Made by a program: the position numbers and the translations under genes. A DNA stretch of 36,582 nt from assembly GCA_031406045.1 (NCBI GenBank), contig JANOGO010000279.1:1-36582 (forward strand), written 5' to 3'. Positions 15,007-24,140 of the stretch are shown here, piece after piece. How positions within the stretch are numbered: position 1 is the first letter of the stretch; the number at the start of each line of letters is the position of its first letter. The notes beneath the pieces are model-generated. The model was given only the letters and a program-made list of their open reading frames with translations, did no database searches and was not told the origin of the DNA. Source of the DNA: Pseudomonadota bacterium (GTDB lineage: Bacteria; Pseudomonadota; Gammaproteobacteria; Burkholderiales; JALYOK01).

Positions 15007-15984
15007 CTATGAATAGGCCGGATTTGGCGACGGCCGCCAGATGTTTTGCAGCAAACGCACCTGCAGCCGCGATCTAAGTTTATCCCACGGCGCGTAGCGC
15101 GGTAGTTGAAATAAATCGGTAGCGGCGCTAGCCGCGCCGCTGGCAGTCGATACGGCCATCTTAAAACCCGCATCTTTAACCATCTGCGCGTGGCGCGCTG
15201 CGTAGTCAAGATCGGGGCGACCGTTCGGATAGGCAAACAAATTAATTTTTTCTTTCAGGATCGATTCCAGCGTCGCCTTGCTTTCCGCCAATTCGGAACG
15301 AACTTGCGCATCGTCGATTTGCGTCAGAATCGGATGATTCACGGTGTGCGCGCCGATTTCAATGTTGGCCCGACGCGCGGCGATCACCTCGGCGGAAGAC
15401 AGCATCAGGTCAGCCGGTAACGTCGCGCCGATTAGCGAAGTCAACTCGTTCACTCGCGCCAAGCGCTCGGCGAATGGCAAATACTTCAGTTGATCTAGGA
15501 GCTTTGCAATAGCTTGGCCACGCGCCGCGTCGCTTGCGATCGAGTGCACGCCAAGCTGCAGCGCGCTAGCGTCGATCGATGAACCAGGGGCACGACGCAC
15601 GGCCTCAATCACGCTGTCGTTCCACATCCGGCCACCATCAAGAAATCCAGTTGCGACGAAAACCGTCGCCGGCAAACCATAGCGCTGCATCACCGGTCCG
15701 GCGACCGTGAAGTTGTCACGATAACCGTCATCGAACGTAATGCACGCTGCGCGCGGCGGTAGCGAGCGTTTGGCCAAGCGCTCGATTGCCTCCGATAGCG
15801 GCAACAGGTTGAATCCCTCCGCCAAGGTTTTCATATGACAATCGAACACTTCCGCCGTTGGCGTATAGGGCGCGAGCGGGTCGGCGCGATCCAGCACGCG
15901 GTGGTACATCACAATCGTGAGCCGGCCACGGCTACCACCAGGGGAAAGTAATGTCGCCAGCAGCGGGAAAAAAGTATTCAACAT
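15007..15984 (-). CDS. Polysaccharide deacetylase (NodB homology domain)
   Basis: The 325-aa ORF has the NodB motifs ACITFDDGYRDN, IEIGAHTVNHP and LFAYPNG. Confidence 0.85.
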   Translation of the reverse strand: MLNTFFPLLATLLSPGGSRGRLTIVMYHRVLDRADPLAPYTPTAEVFDCHMKTLAEGFNLLPLSEAIERLAKRSLPPRAACITFDDGYRDNFTVAGPVMQRYGLPATVFVATGFLDGGRMWNDSVIEAVRRAPGSSIDASALQLGVHSIASDAARGQAIAKLLDQLKYLPFAERLARVNELTSLIGATLPADLMLSSAEVIAARRANIEIGAHTVNHPILTQIDDAQVRSELAESKATLESILKEKINLFAYPNGRPDLDYAARHAQMVKDAGFKMAVSTASGAASAATDLFQLPRYAPWDKLRSRLQVRLLQNIWRPSPNPAYS

Positions 15985-16017
15985 CGGTTTGGCACAGCGC
16001 GTATTCGTAACTTCATA

Positions 16018-18225
16018 TTATCGCTCGAAGGCGCCAAGATCCAAGCGCTTGTTGATTTTCCGTGGCATGGATTGCAGTGGGTGGACATACTGAAATGTTG
16101 GTGTCAGGCTGACGCTATTGGCCTGTCCCGCGTCGATGCCGGCGTCGACGGCTTTGGAGTCATGTCGTAATCGGTAGTCGTAATGATCGGGCGCGACGAA
16201 TTCCGATTTGTCGATAGCCAAATTATTTTTCAATTCGCCCGGTCCTTCGAGCAATTTCCCGGGGCCGGCAAAGAGATTATTCACAATTTTTGCGATTTTT
16301 GTTCCGGACTGAATGCGGATAAACCGGCCTTCTTTTGGGCCGTCGTTAATCACCGAATTGCTCGCGAAGTAGAATTCATGGCTGCCTTTTTTAAGCCCTT
16401 CTTCACCGTAGGAGACGATCGTGTTGTTCTCAGTTTTTGGGCTTTGTTGAATGACATTGCCGACCAGATAGGCGAGCCCGCCGTCCGGTAAATTGATCTC
16501 GTAGCTTGCCGTACCGTCGACTTCATCGACGAATCGATTATAAAAAATTTGATTAGTCATCGCGCGGCTTTTCAAATTGTGGCCGATTTTTGCGTGATGC
16601 AGATTACTAAATTTAACCGTCAGACTACGCACCCGCCCAACGTAAATATTATGCGATTGCCCGTCGCCATAACCATTGTGGGCGAATTCACTATGCTCGA
16701 TCACAATATCGCTGTCCTCGTTTACGCCGGTAAGAATGCCATTTTCGTTATGGTGAAAATAGCAGTTGCGGATCGTTAGATTTTTTCCTTCGAGGCGAAT
16801 ACCCGCGCCGTTTCGATCCGGCACTTTGGCGCCGGAGAATTCGATATGTTCCAGTATCGTATTGGTGCCGCGAATAATCCACGTTCCCTTTCCAGCAACA
16901 TTAACGCCTTTCGCATTGATATGCGCACGTCCGCCGACAGCGCGAATGGTTAAATTATTTTGTGGCCAAATCGCTGCATCACTTGAGTATTCGCCGGCAT
17001 CGATTTGGATGGTCTGTCCATCCTTAGCCACCAGCGCGGCCTCGCTTGGCCGGTGAAATTTATGACCCGGACCGATACATAAATCGGCCTCGCATTTTCT
17101 TGTGGTTTCTTTGAAGTCCGCTGCCGGAAGCTTGTAGACCCAGGTGTTGTCGCCGGCGTGGTTATAACCGATGAACAGGTCATAATTGGCAACATATTGC
17201 CAACGGCTGTAGATCCCCGCCGATTTAACGTCGCCGTTCGATCGCAACGGAAATGGCGCATCGCCGGTGGAGTTTTCAAATTTTCTGACCTGCCAATCGT
17301 TGGTACTGAATGCCCACACGTTTCTCCCGCCACCCCACATCACCATGCGCTTACTCGGCGGATGATAAGCCATCCCGGAACCGCTCGGCCAATCGATCGC
17401 GCCGGCAGCGAGCGCTTTTCGCCGCTTACTTAATTTTTCCAGGGAATAAAAATAAATTTCTTTAAGCGAGGTCCTCAATTGCACGAAAATCCGCTGTTCG
17501 GGATCGATAACGCCCGCGGCGGTGGCGATGGAAGGATCGAGTTGCGGGTGCAGCTTCCATGTATCCGCAGCGGGATCGTAAGTCATCAAGCCGGTGCCGG
17601 TACCGATGATGATTTGACCGGTCACAGGATCAAAATCGGAATTGACCTGCAACACATAGGTCGGCGCCTCCGATGCACGCTTCCAATTTTTTGTCGCGAG
17701 ATCGAATAAATAAGCGTGAAGATCGTACGGGCTACCGTTGCCGTAAAAGCTCCCGCCGAATTTGAACATTTGGTTCTGCGCCGGAAGATAAACTAGACCA
17801 TCGTAGGTATGGCTGGAAACCGGCGCCTCCGAATCGACTACTGAATACTCGCCTGGCCTAGTACTCTTGACCATCTTGCTCGGTTCGGTGGTGCGCTGCC
17901 AGCGGGGTGGATTTAAGCTGAATTCATATACCTCGTTCCCGCCGTAGTCGCTGTGGCCACCGCCGGTGACGATTAACACATTTCGTTTTGTGTCGAACGC
18001 TGCGCCGCCCCACGCCGCGACAACGCCGCGCGGCCCGATGACTCCCCATGCCGGATGATTCGATTCAGCAGGGAAGACTTCACGCATCGCCGTGTTCGGA
18101 ATTTCACGCCATTCACCCGGCTTCAGCGAAGTAAAAAGTTCATCGTTTGCAACAGCAATCGTGCTTGCAAACAAAGTGCCCAATCCGATCAAAATGCATC
18201 TAAGCATGGCGAACTTTGGCTGCAT
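16018..18225 (-). CDS. Secreted two-domain protein: Kelch-like beta-propeller plus right-handed parallel beta-helix (pectate-lyase fold)
   Basis: The 735-aa ORF has a signal peptide (MLRCILIGLGTLFASTIAVA/ND) and a repetitive N-terminal half with GG...W Kelch-like blades. The C-terminal half has beta-helix repeats (NLTIRAVGG, GIRLEGKNLTIRNCYFHHNENGILTG, IEHSEFAHNGYGDGQSHNIYVG, HHAKIGHNLKSRA). An alternative start at 18207 is possible. Confidence 0.75.
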   Translation of the reverse strand: MQPKFAMLRCILIGLGTLFASTIAVANDELFTSLKPGEWREIPNTAMREVFPAESNHPAWGVIGPRGVVAAWGGAAFDTKRNVLIVTGGGHSDYGGNEVYEFSLNPPRWQRTTEPSKMVKSTRPGEYSVVDSEAPVSSHTYDGLVYLPAQNQMFKFGGSFYGNGSPYDLHAYLFDLATKNWKRASEAPTYVLQVNSDFDPVTGQIIIGTGTGLMTYDPAADTWKLHPQLDPSIATAAGVIDPEQRIFVQLRTSLKEIYFYSLEKLSKRRKALAAGAIDWPSGSGMAYHPPSKRMVMWGGGRNVWAFSTNDWQVRKFENSTGDAPFPLRSNGDVKSAGIYSRWQYVANYDLFIGYNHAGDNTWVYKLPAADFKETTRKCEADLCIGPGHKFHRPSEAALVAKDGQTIQIDAGEYSSDAAIWPQNNLTIRAVGGRAHINAKGVNVAGKGTWIIRGTNTILEHIEFSGAKVPDRNGAGIRLEGKNLTIRNCYFHHNENGILTGVNEDSDIVIEHSEFAHNGYGDGQSHNIYVGRVRSLTVKFSNLHHAKIGHNLKSRAMTNQIFYNRFVDEVDGTASYEINLPDGGLAYLVGNVIQQSPKTENNTIVSYGEEGLKKGSHEFYFASNSVINDGPKEGRFIRIQSGTKIAKIVNNLFAGPGKLLEGPGELKNNLAIDKSEFVAPDHYDYRLRHDSKAVDAGIDAGQANSVSLTPTFQYVHPLQSMPRKINKRLDLGAFER

Positions 18226-19411
18226 TGGTAACGAAGTCTCTGCCGGCGAGGATGCGTTCGAAAAGCTTCATTTGCAGCGCCGAGGTTTCGCGCCAATCGA
18301 ATTGCTCTGCATAGCGCCTCGTGGAGCCTCGATCTGGATAGCTCGAGAAAAGTTTATGTACTCCTTGGGCAACTGATTCAGCCGAGCGTTCCGGCAATAA
18401 AATGCCGGCTTCGTGGCGACTCACCACCTCGGGATTTCCGCCGACGCTTGTCGCAATCACCGGCGTGCCGCAGGCCATTGATTCGAGTAATACATTGGCC
18501 CATCCTTCGCGGCTGGAGGCGAGTATCAGCGCATCGGCCGCTCCGTAGTAGGTCTTGAGCTTGTCCTGTGGGATGCTGGCGACAAATTCGATTCGATCCG
18601 CGACGTTGGCGACATGACATCGACGCCGCAGATTGTCTTCTTCGTTGCCGCTGCCGATAATGACCAATCGATATTCGGCTAACTCACGCATCGCGTCGAT
18701 TACAAGATGGTGGCCCTTCAACTCCAAAAGATTGCCGACCGATAACAAAACCTTGCTATGCCAGCCCAACTCTTTCCTGGCGCGAGCGCGGTCGATGGGT
18801 TGAAACAACGTCAGATCGACGCCGTTGCGAAGCACGTGTATTTTTTCGGCAGCCGCGCCGAGGTCCACCATCCGTTTTTTCAGCCCTTCGGAAACGGTGA
18901 TAGATGCGACGGCACTGTCGGCGGCCTTCAGTATCATTTTTCGCGGCGCAGCGAAACCTGGGATCAGATTGATATCGGTGCCGCGCGCCGTAACAATGAC
19001 TGGTTTATTCAGCCATTTTCCCAACAGTGTTGCTGCGACACCGTCGGGATAGTAGTAGTGCGCGTCGATCAGATCAAAATCGAATCCATCGCGGATTATT
19101 TTTCTTAAAACCGGGTAGCTCGCCCGCGCGAGAAATTGTGGCGCCGCGTTCATTCCGATTTTGGGTAGCTGCAAGTAACGCGGGTGAAGAATTGAAATGC
19201 CGTTGCGTTGTTCAGATTTCGGCACACTAGCGAACTTCGCGTAGTGACCAAAACGCTTTGCGGCAAACGGAAACCATGGAACCGGTGCGACGACCTTCGC
19301 CGCGAGACCAGCAAAATCCGCCAACAGATGCCGCAAGCGGGTTTCGACGAAAATACCGTGACCAGGGGTTTCGGCGTTGGGGTACAGCGTCGAAAAGGTG
19401 AGTATCTTCAT
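18200..19411 (-). CDS. Glycosyltransferase, GT4 family (GT-B fold)
   Basis: The 403-aa ORF has the C-terminal EX7E region SSREGWANVLLESMACGTPVIATSVGGNPEVV. Confidence 0.88.
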   Translation of the reverse strand: MKILTFSTLYPNAETPGHGIFVETRLRHLLADFAGLAAKVVAPVPWFPFAAKRFGHYAKFASVPKSEQRNGISILHPRYLQLPKIGMNAAPQFLARASYPVLRKIIRDGFDFDLIDAHYYYPDGVAATLLGKWLNKPVIVTARGTDINLIPGFAAPRKMILKAADSAVASITVSEGLKKRMVDLGAAAEKIHVLRNGVDLTLFQPIDRARARKELGWHSKVLLSVGNLLELKGHHLVIDAMRELAEYRLVIIGSGNEEDNLRRRCHVANVADRIEFVASIPQDKLKTYYGAADALILASSREGWANVLLESMACGTPVIATSVGGNPEVVSRHEAGILLPERSAESVAQGVHKLFSSYPDRGSTRRYAEQFDWRETSALQMKLFERILAGRDFVTNAAKVRHA

Positions 19412-19450
19412 CGCTCTAAACCGGCTGCGAGAGTAGCTTCGGCGCTACTC

Positions 19451-21379
19451 CTAGACTACGGCGCTCTCACGTTCCGGGAGAATGGCGCTGCCTTTGTTTA
19501 GGCCGAGGAATGAATCGAACATCAACACCGACCAGAGCGGGGTGCTGTGATCGCGCATGCCAGACTCATGCTGTTCCAGCATTTGTTTTAAGTAGTCGGG
19601 ATTGAGGTAACCAGTTTCGGCGAGCCGCGAACTCATAACGCTGCTGCGCAGTTTCGCGCGCAACGGGCCGCGGAACCAATTTGCAAGCGGCACCGCGAAT
19701 CCCATTTTTGGGCGATACAGAATCGAATCCGGCAGGTAGGGCTCCAACGCTTTTTTCAACACGTATTTTCCCTCTTGACCGCGCAGCTTGAAGTCCTCGG
19801 GTAAACCGGAAAGCCATTCGAGCATGGGATGATCTAACAACGGTTCACGAACTTCCAGCGCGTGAGCCATGCTGGCGCGATCGACTTTCGTCAATATGTC
19901 CCCGGGTAAATAGGTTTTGGTATCCAAATATTGAATCAGCGATAGGCCGCTCTGAACCGGGGAGCGCTTAGCATGCCGCTGTAACACCTCAAACGCCCGG
20001 TAACCTTGCAGTTCGCGTTGAAATCCCGGAGTGAATAGCTGGTTGCGCATCTCGTCGCTCGTCAGCGAGACGGTATGAAAATAGGCTTCGACGGAATTGC
20101 GCGCGAGCGCTTGCAGCGTGGTCTTCGCGCGAAACATTCGTGGTGCCCAATCTGCTTTTGGATACAGTTTGCCGACAATGTTGAATAGCGGTCGGCGCAA
20201 GCCAAGCGGCATAAATGAACGAATCTTTTCTTCGTTCATATGCCAACGATAGCGCCGGTAGCCACCAAAATTTTCGTCGCCACCATCGCCGGAAAGCGCA
20301 ACAGTCACCGATTTACGCGCTAATTGGCAGACGCGGTAAGTCGGCATTGCCGAGCTATCGGCATACGGCTCGTCATAAAGCGATGCCAGCGTATCGACCA
20401 AAGCAAAGTCATCAGGATCGACCTGTTCAACGCGATGATTGGTTTGATAGCGCTGGGCGACTTCTCTAGCATATTGCGATTCGTTAAATTTCGGATCGCC
20501 AAATGAAATTGAACAGGTATTGACTGGATCCTTCGAAAGACCCGCCATCATTGCAACCACGGCGCTAGAGTCGACGCCGCCGGAGAGAAACGCGCCGAGC
20601 GGAACTTCTGAGACCAGGCGAATCTTTACTGCTTCCCGTAAACGCTCAACCACTTCGGCCAAGGCGTCCTTCTCGCTGATCGGGCTGATCGGATTAAAAG
20701 TCAGGTCCCAATATTCCTTGCTCGCCGGCAGTGGTCTTCCACGCTGAATCGTTAAGGTATGGCCTGGATTTAACTTGAACGCTTGCTTATAAATGGTGCG
20801 TGGCTCGGGCACATAGCCGTATGCGAAATAATCTTCAACCGAGCGCGGGTCAATTTCTTGCGATAGCTTGGAATGGCACAACAGCGACTTGAGTTCCGAC
20901 GCAAAAATAATCGTGTTGTCGGGCATCGCAGCGTAAAACAACGGTTTGACGCCGAGCCGATCGCGGGCTAGGAAAAAAGTTTGGCGATTGCGATCCCATA
21001 GCGCAAATGCAAACATGCCGCGAAAGCGCGATACGCAGGCTTCGCCCCATTCTTCCCAGGCATGCACGATGACCTCAGTATCGGATTTTGTACGGAACTG
21101 ATGGCCTCGAGCGATGAGCTCGGGCATTAATTCTTGGTAGTTATAGATTTCGCCGTTGAATACCACGACAACACTGTGATCTTCATTGAATAGCGGTTGT
21201 TGCCCGGTAGACAAGTCGATGATGGAGAGGCGCCGATGGCCGAGGCCGACCCCTGGTTCAACGTGGATGCCGCCCTCATCGGGGCCGCGATGGAATTGCA
21301 CTTGGTTCATTCGCTCGAGCAATGAACGCGAAATTTCTTTAGTGCCGCCAAAATCAAAAATGCCGACGATGCCGCACAT
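19451..21379 (-). CDS. Asparagine synthase (glutamine-hydrolysing)-type amidotransferase, exosortase A system-associated
   Basis: The 642-aa ORF has the canonical Ntn N-terminus MCGIVGIF and the PP-loop AFLSGGVDSSAVVAMM. Confidence 0.9.
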   Translation of the reverse strand: MCGIVGIFDFGGTKEISRSLLERMNQVQFHRGPDEGGIHVEPGVGLGHRRLSIIDLSTGQQPLFNEDHSVVVVFNGEIYNYQELMPELIARGHQFRTKSDTEVIVHAWEEWGEACVSRFRGMFAFALWDRNRQTFFLARDRLGVKPLFYAAMPDNTIIFASELKSLLCHSKLSQEIDPRSVEDYFAYGYVPEPRTIYKQAFKLNPGHTLTIQRGRPLPASKEYWDLTFNPISPISEKDALAEVVERLREAVKIRLVSEVPLGAFLSGGVDSSAVVAMMAGLSKDPVNTCSISFGDPKFNESQYAREVAQRYQTNHRVEQVDPDDFALVDTLASLYDEPYADSSAMPTYRVCQLARKSVTVALSGDGGDENFGGYRRYRWHMNEEKIRSFMPLGLRRPLFNIVGKLYPKADWAPRMFRAKTTLQALARNSVEAYFHTVSLTSDEMRNQLFTPGFQRELQGYRAFEVLQRHAKRSPVQSGLSLIQYLDTKTYLPGDILTKVDRASMAHALEVREPLLDHPMLEWLSGLPEDFKLRGQEGKYVLKKALEPYLPDSILYRPKMGFAVPLANWFRGPLRAKLRSSVMSSRLAETGYLNPDYLKQMLEQHESGMRDHSTPLWSVLMFDSFLGLNKGSAILPERESAVV

Positions 21380-21382
21380 AGG

Positions 21383-22549
21383 TTAGCTTTGCATAGCTGT
21401 TTGTCTAACTTTTCTTTCTAGCACATGCGCATAGACTTGCATATAGCTATCCATCATGGCTTCCATGCTAAAACGTGTCTCAGCGCGTAATCGACCTACC
21501 TGGCCATGCTGGCGTCGCATTTGGCTATCCAGCACGTAGGGTTTAATTGCCTCGGCAAGCGCAACTGGATTGGCCGCCGACACCAAGCGGCCGGTTACGC
21601 CTTCTTCGACTAATTCTGGGTTACCGCCAACCGCGGTCGCGACGATCGGCAAACCGGTCGCCATAGCTTCTAGAATGGTATTGGAAATGCCCTCTGCCAA
21701 CGACGGCAGTACGAAGATATCGATGCCACGCATCACGGCAGCGACGTCGCCACGTGGACCCGGAATCCATGCGAGATGACGTAACCCGGCTTCGTTCAGC
21801 AGGTGTTCGCATGTGGTTCGAATTGGGCCATCCCCTATCATCGCGAGCCGCAGATTTTGCTTGTCCTCAGGTAATATCGAAGCCAGGTGAATAAAAGCGC
21901 GTGTAAGGTTAATTTGATCTTTAACTTCTTGCATGCGGCCAACCGTTCCGATAACGATGGCCTCGCGGGCAGAAAAATTCGGTTCGGGTAGATCCTCGCG
22001 CCCTTCCGCAGCAGGATGAAACACATGGCAATTCACCCCGTTATAAATTTGCGTGATTCGCTCCTGCGATACGCCAATTTTTGTTACCAGATAGGATTCA
22101 AGATCTTTCGACAAAGCGATGTATCGATTGACCATTGGGCGATGTAGGCGTCGAAGCCACTGGCCTTTGCGATTGCTGCCATCCAAATCGCCCATGTCGC
22201 GACCGTGCTCGCCGTGAATGCGAGCGGCAACGCCATTAAGCACGGCGGGCAACATGCTGTCCAATCCCGACATGCCGCGGCTATGCACGATGGCCGGCTT
22301 GAGCTTGCGAATCAATTGAAATAATCGTCCGTGGGCGCCCCAATCCCGACCCTCTTTGCGATGGATGGCAAAAACCTCAACAGATGGATCTTGGATGCGA
22401 TCGCGAAAATCGGAATAGTCGGTCATGCAAATAATCGCATGCCGGTAATGGTTCGCGAGGCCGTGGTTGAGCAAATTGATCAAGCCGTTTTCTAAGCCGC
22501 CCATCGCGAGCCGATGAATAACATGAGCGATCAGGATTGGTTGTGCCAT
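21383..22549 (-). CDS. Glycosyltransferase, PEP-CTERM/XrtA system-associated (GT4-like)
   Basis: The motif is LAEGISNTILEAMATGLPIVATAVGGNPELV. I place the start at the internal ATG at 22549 (MAQPILIAHVIHRLAMGGLENG). This removes the 137-nt overlap that the full track ORF (to 22693) would have with xrtA. Confidence 0.85.
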   Translation of the reverse strand: MAQPILIAHVIHRLAMGGLENGLINLLNHGLANHYRHAIICMTDYSDFRDRIQDPSVEVFAIHRKEGRDWGAHGRLFQLIRKLKPAIVHSRGMSGLDSMLPAVLNGVAARIHGEHGRDMGDLDGSNRKGQWLRRLHRPMVNRYIALSKDLESYLVTKIGVSQERITQIYNGVNCHVFHPAAEGREDLPEPNFSAREAIVIGTVGRMQEVKDQINLTRAFIHLASILPEDKQNLRLAMIGDGPIRTTCEHLLNEAGLRHLAWIPGPRGDVAAVMRGIDIFVLPSLAEGISNTILEAMATGLPIVATAVGGNPELVEEGVTGRLVSAANPVALAEAIKPYVLDSQMRRQHGQVGRLRAETRFSMEAMMDSYMQVYAHVLERKVRQTAMQS

Positions 22550-22556
22550 ATCCCTG

Positions 22557-24140
22557 CTAGTTATTTTTTGCTGCACTAAGCGTCGATTCAATTGATTGGA
22601 ATACCGCCGGAACAAATTCGCGCAAGGTTTCTCGCGCTGAGTCCGGCTTCCCGTCGAATGGCAGGTAAATAAAAATGGCGGCAGCGTCGTCACCTTTGCC
22701 TAAAAGCTTTGCCTTAGCCTGATAAATTTTTGCGAGATAACTATTACTGGTGTGCGTACCGCCGATCCAATACCAATGCCAAACGAGCAGGTTACCGCGT
22801 CCGGATCGCAGTGTCGACTCGGCAACCGAAATTTGACCGTTGGGTGAAGCAATCGATGTCGCGTCGTCCGATGTCAGGCCCCAACGCTGGTCTTGGGTAC
22901 TGACTAATTGGTTATTGGTATTGATCACCTCGGCACCTTGGTGCTGGTTTCGATAGAACTTAATCGATACTTCGACACGCTTGCCATCGCGCTCGAAACC
23001 CTGCTTCGCTGCACCCGATGCGTTGAGGTAATGAGGTTCCCAGTCGGTAAGCGGATGGGTTTCGATTTTCCATCCTTGCGGCGCGTTCGGCGCTGCCAGT
23101 GCTAGTTTTGTCGAATCGGTCGCCACGACATCCAAGTTCCGGGCGTATCCAGGCCAAATTGCAATTGTAAGCGCGCTTAGGGCTGCGAATAGCAAAGTCC
23201 TGGGGGAAAAACCTAATGTGATTTCGTTTGATTGAGTTTGAATGGATTTTTCGGCGTCGGGAACCTCATCAGGTTCACGCCATTTGGCGCCTATCCAAAA
23301 CAACAGCATCATCACAAAACCAAAGAAGACCCATCCGTAAATCACATGGTCGACGCCGGTCGCTAGGCGATTATTGCTCAGATGCCCGATCATCACGATT
23401 ATATAAGCACGCAAACCATTCGCGATAATCGGCACAACAATCGACAACCCGATAAAGACCACGCGCCGCCAAAGGCTGCGATAGGTAAGGTACGAGAACA
23501 AGCAGCCCAACGTCAGCGAAGCGATTAAATATCGAAGCCCACTGCAGGCCTCGACAACGGACCAACTCCCGCTCGGAACGGTAAAGAAGTTTCCCTCGCG
23601 GAATACTGGAATTCCGGTGAGGCGAAGTGCTGTCACGGTGAAGTCGGCGGTGAAACTCATCATCGGCGCGAGCAGAAAATCGCCAACCGGCACGGCAAAC
23701 AGCAAAAATAGTAGCGGGAACAGCATTGACATAAAGACGCGATACCCAAGCACGGCCCAAACCAACGCCGGTACCATCGCGACTAACGCATACTGCGACA
23801 CCACTAGCGCCTCGACCGAGTCCGAGACCAGCCATAACAAGCCGAGCCCTACCAGGGCGGCTACCCCCCAGGCGCTTGGCGACGGTGCAATAGCGAGAAT
23901 TTTGTCGCGCTTGATCCAAATCAAGTAAGCGCTGATCGGGAAAATCAGAAAACCGTGAGCGTAAGTTTCCGATCGGTTCCAGATTGAAACCGTCGAGGTC
24001 GCCGTCTCGAGGTGCCAAGCGAACAGCCAAACAAGCAAAGCCCCCATTAGCGTTAAACAAAAACCCCAACTTACCGCGCCCGGTGGGTTGGGCGAAGGGC
24101 TGGCCTCCGGCCGCAGGTGCAGTGCTCTTTCAGGTTTCAT
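22557..24140 (-). CDS. xrtA: Exosortase A (XrtA) fused to a C-terminal EpsI-family domain
   Basis: The 527-aa ORF has a polytopic N-terminal roughly 300 aa carrying the exosortase signature residues: Cys in VVEACSGLRYL, Arg in IANGLRAY and His in GVDHVIYGWVFF. After one more helix, the C-terminal roughly 215 aa is soluble and EpsI-like (LLVWHWYWIGG...YLAKIYQAKAKLLGKGDDAA). Confidence 0.9.
   Translation of the reverse strand: MKPERALHLRPEASPSPNPPGAVSWGFCLTLMGALLVWLFAWHLETATSTVSIWNRSETYAHGFLIFPISAYLIWIKRDKILAIAPSPSAWGVAALVGLGLLWLVSDSVEALVVSQYALVAMVPALVWAVLGYRVFMSMLFPLLFLLFAVPVGDFLLAPMMSFTADFTVTALRLTGIPVFREGNFFTVPSGSWSVVEACSGLRYLIASLTLGCLFSYLTYRSLWRRVVFIGLSIVVPIIANGLRAYIIVMIGHLSNNRLATGVDHVIYGWVFFGFVMMLLFWIGAKWREPDEVPDAEKSIQTQSNEITLGFSPRTLLFAALSALTIAIWPGYARNLDVVATDSTKLALAAPNAPQGWKIETHPLTDWEPHYLNASGAAKQGFERDGKRVEVSIKFYRNQHQGAEVINTNNQLVSTQDQRWGLTSDDATSIASPNGQISVAESTLRSGRGNLLVWHWYWIGGTHTSNSYLAKIYQAKAKLLGKGDDAAAIFIYLPFDGKPDSARETLREFVPAVFQSIESTLSAAKNN

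Noticed and set aside
15990-16004. Perfect TGGCAC hexamer between the Kelch/beta-helix gene and the deacetylase gene
   Set aside because: It lies on the plus strand, antisense to both flanking genes, and has no GC at the -12 position.
22550-22693. 48-codon N-terminal extension of the glycosyltransferase ORF overlapping the 3' end of xrtA
   Set aside because: The extension (MTTLPPFLFTCHSTGSRTQREK...) is not glycosyltransferase-like. The internal ATG at 22549 begins the conserved GT N-terminus and leaves a 7-nt gap after the xrtA stop.
23371-24069. 232-aa alternate-frame ORF inside xrtA
   Set aside because: It is an Arg/Gly-rich shadow frame. The xrtA frame has the conserved Cys/Arg/His exosortase residues.
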